Assembly (NCBI GenBank): GCA_035272385.1
Contig: DATEQS010000007.1
Location: 35,218-99,217 of the forward strand
Length of the DNA stretch: 64,000 bases
Origin: Thermoplasmata archaeon
Lineage (GTDB): Archaea; Thermoplasmatota; Thermoplasmata; Lutacidiplasmatales; UBA184
Direction: 5' to 3'
Shown: piece after piece, positions 16,795 through 25,863 of the stretch
How positions within the stretch are numbered: the stretch's first letter is position 1
Layout: the number at the start of each line of letters is the position of its first letter
Notes under the pieces: model-generated
Database searches by the model: none
Told to the model about the DNA's origin: nothing
What the model saw: only the letters and a program-made list of their open reading frames with translations
Translations under genes and position numbers: made by a program

Positions 16795-17409
16795 ATGGCG
16801 GAACACAAGCGAAAGTACCGGACGATCTATCTCGTGACGGCCGCGCTGATGGTCGCGATGATCGGCGGCTATGCGCTGGCCGCGACGACCGTGACGACCC
16901 TGAGCCCGGGTCAATCCTCGAACGTGACCAACACGCCCACCCCGGGCGGGTTTGCAAACATCGGCTCGATCGCGTCGGAGCAGCTCGTGGTCCTCTCGGC
17001 CGGCATGACCGGCGCGGCGACGGCGGGGACTCAGGTTGGCACCGTGGGACTGCAAGGGAATCCGACCGCCCTTGCGGTCTGCAACCCCGCCCCGTGCGCG
17101 GTTCAGAACTTCCGCACCGCGAACCCCGCTACCGAGACCACGGGGAATTACGGTGAGCAGTTTGTCATCAACGTGATCCAGCCCGCGACGGGTGGGACCA
17201 GCCTCGGGTTCGACTTCTCGGTCACCATCGTTGCCTCGACCGGTACCGTCGTGGTCCAAGGGTATCTCGCAACGGGTGTTTCCTCGGCTTCGTCGGCCGA
17301 AACGATCCCGGTCTACCTCTACGTCGACCTTGGTACGACCACGGCCCCCGTGATCAATTCGCTCTCGGTGGTATTCAACCAGTGTGCGAGCGCGACGGCG
17401 TGCCCCTAG
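16795..17409 (+). CDS. Secreted T/G/A/V-rich protein, paralog 1 (unknown family), Sec-type signal peptide, C-terminal CxxxxxCP
   Basis: N-terminal h-region then ALA|ATTV. Contains CNPAPC and a C-terminal NQCASATACP. Clearly alignable to the next ORF. Confidence 0.65.
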   Translation: MAEHKRKYRTIYLVTAALMVAMIGGYALAATTVTTLSPGQSSNVTNTPTPGGFANIGSIASEQLVVLSAGMTGAATAGTQVGTVGLQGNPTALAVCNPAPCAVQNFRTANPATETTGNYGEQFVINVIQPATGGTSLGFDFSVTIVASTGTVVVQGYLATGVSSASSAETIPVYLYVDLGTTTAPVINSLSVVFNQCASATACP

Positions 17410-17563
17410 CGAGGGCTCGGCATTTTCGAACCGCCGACTATCGCGCGACCGCCGAACCCCTTCCTCTCTACGGCGGGGTGGAACCCCCGTCTCTTCCGGA
17501 CTTTGACGCTCGGCCGGTCCGAGGGAGTGGTGGGGTGGCGCCCTATGGTTGGGACCTAGGTCC

Positions 17564-18154
17564 ATGAGAAGTTCGAGACGGCCGTGGCACGGGCTGGGTT
17601 TGGCGATCCTCCTGCTGCTCGTCGTCATCCCGGCGTCCGCGTCGGCCGCCACCACCGTTCGTTCGTTCCCGGGTTCTCCCTACCTCACGGTCAAAACCGC
17701 TCCCCTCGCGGCGCCCCCGGTCACTATTGGGGCGCAAGCATTGCTCCACTTTCGCGGCGCCCCCGGATACGTTGCGGCCGGGGTCCAAGGGACCTCCCCC
17801 GGCCTCGAAGGGACCCCGGTCGTTCTCGCGGCCTGCGCCGCGGCTTGCACCGATAGGTACCGTCCCGCGTCGGCTCCCGCCCTCCCGGCCGGGGACTACA
17901 TCGAACGCGTCATCTTCACCGTCGTGCAGCCCGGCCACGCCGGCCCTGCGGTGGGGTTCGACGTGGAGGTCGCGGTCCACCTCACGACCGGGTGGGTGTT
18001 CGGGAACGGGTACTTTTCGACGGGGGTCGCTACCGGAGGCGCGACTTCCACCATCACGCTTCGTCTCTACGTTGACCTCGGAGCCGCGCTACCCACCGTG
18101 ACCAGCGTCGAGGTTACTGTGAATCGATGCACCTTGACGACAGGTTGCCCATGA
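17564..18154 (+). CDS. Secreted protein, paralog 2 of 16795..17409
   Basis: Signal peptide ending ASA|ATTV. Contains CAAAC and a C-terminal NRCTLTTGCP. Shared blocks with paralog 1: V(I/V)QP...GFD(F/V), LY(V)DLG, and the C-terminal Cys motif. Confidence 0.65.
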   Translation: MRSSRRPWHGLGLAILLLLVVIPASASAATTVRSFPGSPYLTVKTAPLAAPPVTIGAQALLHFRGAPGYVAAGVQGTSPGLEGTPVVLAACAAACTDRYRPASAPALPAGDYIERVIFTVVQPGHAGPAVGFDVEVAVHLTTGWVFGNGYFSTGVATGGATSTITLRLYVDLGAALPTVTSVEVTVNRCTLTTGCP

Positions 18155-18819
18155 ACTCGGCCGATTCGATCCTTCCTGCGAAGACGGAGCCGGAGTCATG
18201 GCGCGAGAAGGTCTACGCGGCGCTGCCGCTTTTCCTCGTGGGCGGTCTGTGTACCGGCCTCGCGGTCTATCTGTACCTCGCCGGAACCACGACCCACTTC
18301 GGAGCGAGCGGGGCGGTTCTTCTCCGGCCGTGGATCCTCTTTGTCGCGTTGGGGATCACCGGACTCTCCGCCGGAGTGGTCGCGCTCTTCGCGGAGGACG
18401 CACTCGAGGCCCCCCCCGAGAAGGTGACGGCCCCCGCCGTGCCTCCAACAACGATTCGCTTTAAAGAAAAGACTCCGGGTTTCTTTGGTCGCTCCCGGGA
18501 AGGCTACCCGGGGCCGACCCCAGAGGAGCGGCCGGGAGTACCCGTGTCGGCCGCAAGGGCGGCGCCCGGCTCCTCAGTCACTGTAGGTCCGGGACCCCTT
18601 CCGACACCGGGTCGTCCGGTCGTCGACGCACGTACCTGGGACGAATCCTCGACCGGTCCCACCGAGCACCGCCGGTATCCGAAAGAGGTCTGGGACGAAA
18701 GCCCCGAAGAGTTCGAGGCGGCGGCCTCCAAGCCCGCGCCGCCCGCCGTCGTGCTGAGTCAGCTCGACGACATCGAGAAGTCGCTCCGCAAGAAGCCCAC
18801 GACGCCCCCCGCGGATTGA
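18151..18819 (+). CDS. Membrane protein (2 TM) with a long Pro-rich tail containing a repeated WDES motif
   Basis: The ATG at 18151 overlaps the paralog-2 stop (ATGA). Tail motifs are ARTWDESS and KEVWDESP. Confidence 0.55.
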   Translation: MNSADSILPAKTEPESWREKVYAALPLFLVGGLCTGLAVYLYLAGTTTHFGASGAVLLRPWILFVALGITGLSAGVVALFAEDALEAPPEKVTAPAVPPTTIRFKEKTPGFFGRSREGYPGPTPEERPGVPVSAARAAPGSSVTVGPGPLPTPGRPVVDARTWDESSTGPTEHRRYPKEVWDESPEEFEAAASKPAPPAVVLSQLDDIEKSLRKKPTTPPAD

Positions 18820-18903
18820 ACCACTCCGCTCCGTTCGAAACGATTCGCACTATCGGTTCCACCGTCCCGCGGGATTATACTCGCGGTCGCGTCTCGGAAG
18901 ACG

Positions 18904-19884
18904 TTGACGCTGACGGCGGACCTGTTGGTTGCCGCCGCCTTCGCGTTCGCCTTCAGTATCGGCGCCCACTACACCGGCGCCTGCATGGGGATGCCGTACG
19001 CGGCGGGAGCGATCCGTCCGTGGCACGCTCTCCTCCTGATGGCACCTCTTGCCTTGGTCGGAGCGGCCTTCGCGAGCGGACAGGTCGAATCGACCGTCGG
19101 TCACGGCCTTCTCGGAGGGGGCACGGTCGCCCTCGGAGTCGCCCTCGCGATCGTCGTCTCGGCCCTCGCTCTCACCAGTGTCTACAATCTCGTCACCATC
19201 CCGACTTCGACGATCCAGATCCTCGTGTTCGCCACCGTAGGTGCCGGCCTCGCGGCCGGCATCCCCATTCACTGGGAGACCATCGGTTCGCTCGTCGTAC
19301 TCTGGGCGGTCGCCCCGTTCGCGGCGTTCGCCCTCGGTTTCCTGTTCGTTCGGGCCGCGGACCGGTACCGCCCGCTGGCCCCTTCCCCCAGCACGGGTCT
19401 TCGACCGGCCCTGGGACGGACGGCGATCCTCGGCCTCGTCGGGGTCGGCGCCGCCGCGTCCTTCGCCATGGGTGCGAACGACGTTTCGAACGCCTCCGGA
19501 GGTCTGATCCAGACGGGACTCTTCGGCCTCTTCCTGGCGGGCGTCATCGGAGGCCTTGGTATCGCCCTCGGGGTGCTGACGTGGGGTCGCCCCCTGCTTC
19601 AGCGCGTCGCCTTCGACCTGGTCGAGCTCGACCCACGAATGGCCACTGCCTCCCAGCTCGCCCAATCGACCGTGATCCTCGTGTCGGTGGCGTTCGGGCT
19701 CTTCACCTCCATGAACCAGGCGCTCGTGGGAGCGATGATCGGCGCCGGGATCGCGCGCCGCCGCTCCACCGTCCTGTGGAAGCCGATCCGCAGCATCCTC
19801 CTCGGCTGGGCGGCCGGACCCATTTCCGGCGTCACGCTCGGTTTCGGGTTGGTCTGGGGTTTGACCCAGGTCCACGTCATCTAA
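18904..19884 (+). CDS. Inorganic phosphate transporter, PiT (PHO4) family
   Basis: GANDVSNA signature; polytopic. Confidence 0.85.
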   Translation: MTLTADLLVAAAFAFAFSIGAHYTGACMGMPYAAGAIRPWHALLLMAPLALVGAAFASGQVESTVGHGLLGGGTVALGVALAIVVSALALTSVYNLVTIPTSTIQILVFATVGAGLAAGIPIHWETIGSLVVLWAVAPFAAFALGFLFVRAADRYRPLAPSPSTGLRPALGRTAILGLVGVGAAASFAMGANDVSNASGGLIQTGLFGLFLAGVIGGLGIALGVLTWGRPLLQRVAFDLVELDPRMATASQLAQSTVILVSVAFGLFTSMNQALVGAMIGAGIARRRSTVLWKPIRSILLGWAAGPISGVTLGFGLVWGLTQVHVI

Positions 19885-19976
19885 CGTCTCTCGACCTGCC
19901 GGGGAGCCCGAAGTTACCCGACCGTTCCCTCCCCTTTAAGTAACCAAAGGTAATTGAGTAGAGTGAGGTTACGACA

Positions 19977-20852
19977 ATGCCCGAACCGACCCGATCCATC
20001 GTCCATCGCTTTCCCGGCGTCCCGACCCTCGAAGGGGCCGGGGTCCGACTTCGCCGTTCTTTCTCGAACAACGAGGTGCCGCTCTTCGACCCGTTCCTAC
20101 TGCTCGACCGATTCGGCTCTTCGAACCCGGAAGACTACATGGCCGGCTTCCCCTGGCACCCGCATCGCGGCATCGAGACCGTGACCTACGTTCTCGAAGG
20201 CCAGGTGGAGCACGGAGACACTCTCGGGAACGCGGGCGTGATCGGCTCCGGCGACGTTCAATGGATGAACTCCGGCAGCGGGATCATCCACCAGGAGATG
20301 CCGAAGCGCAGCGAGGGCACGATGTCCGGCTTCCAGTTGTGGGTGAATCTTCCCGCGAAGGAGAAGATGTCCGTGCCGGCCTACCGGGGCTTGACCCGGG
20401 CCGACTTCCCCGAGGTGACCTCGGATGACGGTACTCGAGTGAAGGTCGTCGCGGGAACCTACCGCGGCACCGAAGGCCCCGTGAAAGGGATCCCGGTGGA
20501 CCCGACCTACCTGGACGTCACCGTGCCGGCCCGCGGCTCGTTCGAACTGAGCCCCCCTTCCGGATACACCGCTTTCGCCCACGCCGTCACGGGGAACGTT
20601 CGGTTCGACGGCGGCGATGACCAGCCCGTTGAGGCGGGCGAGACCGCTCTCTTCGGCCCGGGCGGGCCCATCCGGGCGCATGCTCTGGAAGACGACGCTC
20701 GATTCCTGCTGGTTTCGGGACGCCCCCTCCACGAACCCGTGGCGTGGTACGGACCGATCGTGATGAACACCCAAGCTCAGTTGCTCGAGGCGGTACGCGA
20801 ACTTCGGGGCGGGGACTTCATCAAGCACCGCCGGCCGATCGTCGAAGAGTAG
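19977..20852 (+). CDS. Pirin family (bicupin) protein
   Basis: PWHPHRGIETVTYVLEGQVEHGD motif; 291 aa. Confidence 0.85.
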   Translation: MPEPTRSIVHRFPGVPTLEGAGVRLRRSFSNNEVPLFDPFLLLDRFGSSNPEDYMAGFPWHPHRGIETVTYVLEGQVEHGDTLGNAGVIGSGDVQWMNSGSGIIHQEMPKRSEGTMSGFQLWVNLPAKEKMSVPAYRGLTRADFPEVTSDDGTRVKVVAGTYRGTEGPVKGIPVDPTYLDVTVPARGSFELSPPSGYTAFAHAVTGNVRFDGGDDQPVEAGETALFGPGGPIRAHALEDDARFLLVSGRPLHEPVAWYGPIVMNTQAQLLEAVRELRGGDFIKHRRPIVEE

Positions 20853-21882
20853 GCGCCCGGGCCTGCAGGCGTTCGAGCGCGACCCGCAGCACGGTGACCG
20901 AACGCGCGAACTCGGAAAGGGAGACCGACTCCCGGTCGGTGTGATCGAGCCGGGCGTCGCCCGGTCCGTACGCGGCACCCGGGACGCGCCAGGCCGGTAC
21001 CACGAGGTTCAGGTCGGAGGTCCCCCCCTTTCGCCAGAGCGTCGGCCGGCCCCCCGCCGCCCGAACCCCCTCGACGAGGCTCGCGACCACGGGATTGGTC
21101 CGGTCGACCTCGATCGGTTCGACCCGAATCTTCACGACCGGCCGGGACGCGCCCGTCGCGCGGGGCATCGTCCGAAGCAGTTCCCGTGTGGAGATCGTCG
21201 GCGGTAAGCGAAAGTCGACCGTCACCCGAGCCGTCTCCTCGTCCCCCCGGCGACGACTCTGCACCTCGACCACCTTCGCGGTCAGGGAACGGAAGGGAGA
21301 GTCGTGGGCACGGTCGGCGACGAACGCGCGGACCGCTCCCACCCAGCCGATGACTCGGTCCGTCGTGGTCGGGATCGGGGAGGAGAAGTGGGTGCGGCGG
21401 CCGCGGAAGGTGAGTTCTACCCGAACCTCGCCCTTGTAGCCGATCGTCACTCCGTCCCATCCGCTCGGTTCGCCCGCGATCACAGCATCCGGGCGGAGCC
21501 GGCTGAGGAGGTGCCGAGCCCCCCGACTATCCGTCTCCTCGCCGACGGCAGCCACCACGAGGTACTCCCCCGGACTCGCGAGCTCGCGGCCGGCGAGAAG
21601 CGCCGCCGCCAGCGGCCCTTTCGCATCCACCGTTCCCCGACCGTAGAGGCGGCCGGCCCGCCGTCGTACCGGTAGACGCCCTTCTACCGTGTCGATGTGC
21701 CCGAGAAAGACCAATCGAGGGCGGCCTCGTCCCCGGCGGGCGATCCCGTTGCCGACCGCATCTGTTCGGGCCGCGTAGCCGAGTTCCCGAGCGACACGGA
21801 CGAACTCCTGCACCGCGCCCGCCTCCTTTCCAGAGGGGCTATACTTCCGGACCAGCCGCTCGAGGACCCGAACCTCATCCAC
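20821..21882 (-). CDS. lysK: [LysW]-lysine/ornithine hydrolase (M20 deacylase, LysK/ArgE-like)
   Basis: M20 pattern (LVFLGHIDTV, VGEETDS). Last gene of the LysW operon. Confidence 0.8.
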   Translation of the reverse strand: MDEVRVLERLVRKYSPSGKEAGAVQEFVRVARELGYAARTDAVGNGIARRGRGRPRLVFLGHIDTVEGRLPVRRRAGRLYGRGTVDAKGPLAAALLAGRELASPGEYLVVAAVGEETDSRGARHLLSRLRPDAVIAGEPSGWDGVTIGYKGEVRVELTFRGRRTHFSSPIPTTTDRVIGWVGAVRAFVADRAHDSPFRSLTAKVVEVQSRRRGDEETARVTVDFRLPPTISTRELLRTMPRATGASRPVVKIRVEPIEVDRTNPVVASLVEGVRAAGGRPTLWRKGGTSDLNLVVPAWRVPGAAYGPGDARLDHTDRESVSLSEFARSVTVLRVALERLQARAPTLRRSAGGA

Positions 21883-23035
21883 CGCGGACCACCCCGGCGA
21901 TCGCTTCCAAACTGGCCTCCCAATCCTCGTCCGTGATCACGAGGGGAGGGAGCAGACGCATCACCGTCGACCCCGCCGAGATCGCGAGGAACCCGCGGGA
22001 TTCGAGTTCCGCAAGATACGGCGCGACCTTTTCCCGGAACTCCACTCCGATCATGAGACCGAGCCCGCGCACTTCCCGCACTTTCTCGGGGGGCAGGGAG
22101 CCGAGCCGCGCGAGCCCCCGCGTCCCCAGGCGTTCGGCCCGCTCGGGGAGGTGTTCGCGCACGAGATAGTTGAGGGCGGCGAGGCCCGCGGCGCACGCGA
22201 GAGGGTTTCCTCCGAACGTGGAGTGGTGGCTCCCCCGGAAGCGCGGCACGACCTCGCTCGCCACGACGGTCGCGCCGATCGGGAGTCCGCCCGCGAGGGA
22301 TTTCGCGAGAAGGAGAACGTCCGGGACGATGCCCCAGCGCTCGAACGCAAACATACGGCCGGTCCGGCCGAGGCCCGTCTGCACTTCGTCGAATGCGAGC
22401 AGGGACCCCGCTCGCTCGGTCGCGGCCCGGGCCGCACGGAGGTACCCTTCGGTGGCGACGTGGACGCCGCCCTCGCCCTGGACCGGTTCGAGCAGCACGA
22501 GGGCGGTCGTCTCGTCGACGGCGGCCTCGAGCGCCGCGACGTCGTTGAGCGGAACGTGGACGAACCCCGGGACCAGCGGCTCGAACGGTTCCTTGAGCTC
22601 TCGGCGCCAGGTCGCGCTGAGGGCGCCCATCGTCCGCCCGTGAAATCCCCGCATCGCGGCGACGATCTGGGTGCGTCCGGTGACGGACCGGGCGATCTTG
22701 AGCGCGGCCTCGGCCGCCTCGGTCCCGGAGTTCGATAGGAAGACGCTTCCGAAGGAGGCGGGCAGTAGGGACAGCAATCGGTCGATGAAGGCGGTGCGAA
22801 CCGGGTTGGAGTATCCGCTGCCGAGGTAGAGGAGCTCCTTGGCCTGAGCCTCGATCGCTCGCACTACCTCGGGCGGACTGGAACCGAGGTTGCCGACCCC
22901 GTGCGTGGCTCCGAGGTCGACGTACGCCCGACCGGCCTCGTCCCAGAGGCGGGCTCCGCTTCCTCGGACGAGAGTGAGGCGCTTCGACGCGGACGCGGCG
23001 AATTCCCTCGTCGCGGGCGGTCCGGCTCCGGTCAC
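21875..23035 (-). CDS. lysJ: [LysW]-aminoadipate semialdehyde / acetylornithine-type class III aminotransferase (LysJ/ArgD)
   Basis: Class III aminotransferase motifs (LSNSGTEAAEAALK, FDEVQTGLGRTG). Confidence 0.85.
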   Translation of the reverse strand: MTGAGPPATREFAASASKRLTLVRGSGARLWDEAGRAYVDLGATHGVGNLGSSPPEVVRAIEAQAKELLYLGSGYSNPVRTAFIDRLLSLLPASFGSVFLSNSGTEAAEAALKIARSVTGRTQIVAAMRGFHGRTMGALSATWRRELKEPFEPLVPGFVHVPLNDVAALEAAVDETTALVLLEPVQGEGGVHVATEGYLRAARAATERAGSLLAFDEVQTGLGRTGRMFAFERWGIVPDVLLLAKSLAGGLPIGATVVASEVVPRFRGSHHSTFGGNPLACAAGLAALNYLVREHLPERAERLGTRGLARLGSLPPEKVREVRGLGLMIGVEFREKVAPYLAELESRGFLAISAGSTVMRLLPPLVITDEDWEASLEAIAGVVRGG

Positions 23036-23826
23036 TCGAACACCGTTCCGTGTCCGTGCAGGGCTTCCTCCACGGGTGCGGAGCCGCTGGACGCGGCGAT
23101 CACGACCTTCGGAACGCCTCCCGCTCGAGCCTCGCGTGCCGCGAGGAGTTTCTTTCGCATCCGGCCCTGAGCGAATCCGAGGGCTTCTTCGAAGGCCTGG
23201 GGACCGACCCGAGGGATGAGCGACGTCGGGTCCTCCGCATCTCGTAGCAATCCCGGAACGTTCGTCAGCAACAGGAGCGCCTCGGCACCGAGGGCCACCG
23301 CCACCTGGGCTGCCGCACGGTCCGCGTCGACGTTGAGGACCTCTCCCGACGCGGTGACGGCCGGGGGACCTACGACCGGCGCTATCCCGGCGTCGAGGAG
23401 GAGACGGAGGAGACCGTCATTCACCTTCTCGACGGTTCCGGACAGGTCGTCGGTGAGGTGAACGGTACGACCACGGACGACGGCCCTCGTTCCTTCCTTG
23501 CGACGGGCGAGCAGGAGCCGATCGTCGACACCGGAGAGACCCACGGCCCGGACCCCGCGCTGGGCGAATGCGGCGACGATATCGGTCTGGACCTTGCCGG
23601 CCAGTGCGAGGACCACCACTTCGAGATGGGCCGCGTCGCTCCGGCGAGAGACGACGCCGCTCGGAGAGGTGTAGTACTCCGCAGGTCGTCCGAGCGCCGC
23701 CCCGAGCTGGTCGATCTCCTTCGATCCGCCATGGACGAGGACGAAATCCTTTCGGCCTGCGAGGTCGGAGATCACCGGGTCGAGGGCGTTACCGGCCGCG
23801 CCTCCGACCTTCACGACGAGCGTCAC
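23032..23826 (-). CDS. lysZ: [LysW]-glutamate/aminoadipate kinase (amino-acid kinase family, LysZ/ArgB)
   Basis: VVKVGG...VLVHGG... amino-acid kinase fold; operon position. Confidence 0.85.
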   Translation of the reverse strand: MTLVVKVGGAAGNALDPVISDLAGRKDFVLVHGGSKEIDQLGAALGRPAEYYTSPSGVVSRRSDAAHLEVVVLALAGKVQTDIVAAFAQRGVRAVGLSGVDDRLLLARRKEGTRAVVRGRTVHLTDDLSGTVEKVNDGLLRLLLDAGIAPVVGPPAVTASGEVLNVDADRAAAQVAVALGAEALLLLTNVPGLLRDAEDPTSLIPRVGPQAFEEALGFAQGRMRKKLLAAREARAGGVPKVVIAASSGSAPVEEALHGHGTVFE

Positions 23827-23835
23827 GGGACGGTC

Positions 23836-24861
23836 CTAGATCGGGTGCAGGCCGAGGAACTCGAGGCCGGTCGTTTCCGGGACCCCGTGACGGATGTTGA
23901 AGCACTGGACGGCGTTGCCGGCGGCCCCCTTCATCAGGTTGTCGAGCGCGGCGAGGGCGACCACCCGATTTCCGTGAGGGTCGGACGCGAACCCGAGGTC
24001 GCAGAAATTGGACCCCGCGAGGATCTTCGGTTCGGGCTCGCGGTGGATCCCGTCGGACTCGTGAACGATCCGCACGAACGGCTCCTCGCCGTAGGCCGTT
24101 CGGTACGTCCGCCAGAGCTCCTTGTCGTCGACCGCCGGGGCAACGGAGGCGTGGACGGTCGACAGGACCCCCCGGACAGCCTCGACCGCGTGGCACGAGA
24201 GGGCGACCCGCGCGCCCGTCTCCTGCTCGATCTCGGCGGTGTGACGGTGGCCGGCCGGAGCGTACGCTCGCATCACGCCGGATCGTTCCGCGTGCCGTCC
24301 CGCGGGTCCAGCGTCCTGGCCGCTCGCGGAGGATCCGCTCTTCGCGTCGATCACCACGGGCCGAGGTTCAACCCATCCGCGGTCGACCAACGGCTTCAAC
24401 GCCAGGATCGACGCGGTGGCGATGCAGCCGGGCACGGCGATCAATCGGGCGCTCTTCAGCTCGGAACGGTGGAGCTCGGGAAGTCCGTAGACGCTTTTCG
24501 ACAGAAGCTCGGGATGGGCGTGGGCTTGGGGGTAGTACTCCGCGTAGCGAGCCGGGTCCTTGAGCCGAAAGTCCGCCGCAAGGTCGATGACGAAATCGTT
24601 GGTCTCGAGGAGGCTCGGCATCCGGGCCATCGATTCGCCGTGGGGCGTCGCCACGAACGTGGCGTCCGCGGAGCGGAGCTCGTCGTGCGGAGTGAATGTG
24701 AGAGAGGTCGCCTTGCGAAGGTTGGGATGCGCCCGCCAGACGGGCCGGCCCGCCATCGAATCCGAGGTGACCTGGGTCACCTCGACCTCGGGGTGACGAA
24801 GCAGGAGCCGAAGGAGCTCGCCGCCCACGTACCCTGACCCGCCGACGATCGCGACCTTCAT
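23836..24861 (-). CDS. lysY: [LysW]-glutamyl/aminoadipyl-phosphate reductase (LysY/ArgC)
   Basis: MKVAIVGGSGYVGGELLRLL, with catalytic Cys in PGCIATA. True start is the ATG at 24861 (ATGA overlap with lysX); the 555-aa track ORF is an artefactual extension. Confidence 0.85.
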   Translation of the reverse strand: MKVAIVGGSGYVGGELLRLLLRHPEVEVTQVTSDSMAGRPVWRAHPNLRKATSLTFTPHDELRSADATFVATPHGESMARMPSLLETNDFVIDLAADFRLKDPARYAEYYPQAHAHPELLSKSVYGLPELHRSELKSARLIAVPGCIATASILALKPLVDRGWVEPRPVVIDAKSGSSASGQDAGPAGRHAERSGVMRAYAPAGHRHTAEIEQETGARVALSCHAVEAVRGVLSTVHASVAPAVDDKELWRTYRTAYGEEPFVRIVHESDGIHREPEPKILAGSNFCDLGFASDPHGNRVVALAALDNLMKGAAGNAVQCFNIRHGVPETTGLEFLGLHPI

Positions 24862-25709
24862 CGCCGTGCGACTCCGACCGCGTAGTCGACCACCCGTCCG
24901 GCGATGTCGACGCCCGTCGCCGCGGCGAGCGTCTTGAACTCGGGAGTCGGGTTCACTTCGTGAACGACGAGACCCGACGGAGCTTCCATCAGGTCGACCG
25001 CCAGCACGCCCCCTCCGACCGCCTCGGCGGCTCGCAGCGCGAGGTCGACGAGCTCGCTCGTGTGCGGGGCCGCCTCCGCCGACGCGCCTCGGGCCGCGTT
25101 CGTCCGCCAATCGGCCGAGTGGCGGAACATCGCGGCCACGACCTCGTCGCCGACCACGAAGACCCGCAGGTCCCGGTCCGGCTTCGGAATGAACTCCTGG
25201 ACGTAGAACACCGAGTGGATCGGCGAGGAGAGGGCGCTCTTGTGCTCGAGGATCTGCAGCGCGTCCTCGGCGTTGTCGACCTTGGCCATGAGACGACCCC
25301 AGGAGCCGATCGCCGGCTTGAGTACGGCCGGATAACCGATCTGCTCGATCGCGGTCATCGCGGCTTCGGGCGACAGGGCGACGACCGTGCGGGGCGTCGG
25401 AATGTGCCGCTCGGCGAGCCGAAGCGAACAGAGCACTTTGTCGCCGGCGAGCTCCACGACCGACGGGGTGTTCACCGTCGGGACGCCGTAGGCCGAGTAG
25501 CAATGGACCGCGTAGAGCGACCGGGTGTGCGAGACCGAGCGGTTCAGGACCACGTCGGGCAGGTCGGCGGGGGCTTCGAGGCCGAACGTCACGACGCCGT
25601 CGTCGAGCCGAACGACCGGGATCCCTCGCGCCTCCGCCGCCGCGAGGATCGCCTTCTCCTCGGGGCGGATGATCGTGTAGAAGACCCCGAGCCGGACCCC
25701 GTTACTCAC
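24858..25709 (-). CDS. lysX: RimK-type ATP-grasp ligase, [LysW]-glutamate/aminoadipate ligase (LysX/ArgX)
   Basis: 283 aa ATP-grasp protein, immediately downstream of lysW. Confidence 0.85.
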   Translation of the reverse strand: MSNGVRLGVFYTIIRPEEKAILAAAEARGIPVVRLDDGVVTFGLEAPADLPDVVLNRSVSHTRSLYAVHCYSAYGVPTVNTPSVVELAGDKVLCSLRLAERHIPTPRTVVALSPEAAMTAIEQIGYPAVLKPAIGSWGRLMAKVDNAEDALQILEHKSALSSPIHSVFYVQEFIPKPDRDLRVFVVGDEVVAAMFRHSADWRTNAARGASAEAAPHTSELVDLALRAAEAVGGGVLAVDLMEAPSGLVVHEVNPTPEFKTLAAATGVDIAGRVVDYAVGVARR

Positions 25710-25863
25710 CCCAGTCCTCGGCTTCCTTCGGGGCGGGCTGGATGGAGAACGGCGCGTTCCCCAGAACCTCGAGTTCCGTTCCGCAGTCCGGGCAGGGGAA
25801 GACCTCGCCGAGCACCATGCCGTGTTTCTCTACTTTCGCGTCGCACTCTGGGCAGTTTGTCAT
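25702..25863 (-). CDS. lysW: Amino-group carrier protein LysW
   Basis: 53 aa: MTNCPECDAKV...CPDCGTELEV...PKEAEDWGE. Zinc ribbon plus the acidic C-terminal EDWGE tail. Hidden inside a long alternate-start track ORF. Confidence 0.85.
   Translation of the reverse strand: MTNCPECDAKVEKHGMVLGEVFPCPDCGTELEVLGNAPFSIQPAPKEAEDWGE

Noticed and set aside
23836-25503. N-terminal extensions of several real genes in the ORF track: lysY as 555 aa, argH from 27371, serA from 52906, GT2 from 50304, MetF-like from 33202, UbiD from 4565, epimerase from 10548.
   Set aside because: The extensions are unconserved Arg/Pro-rich sequence that overlap upstream genes or repeats. Internal starts give canonical family N-termini and the typical 4-nt overlaps or short spacers.
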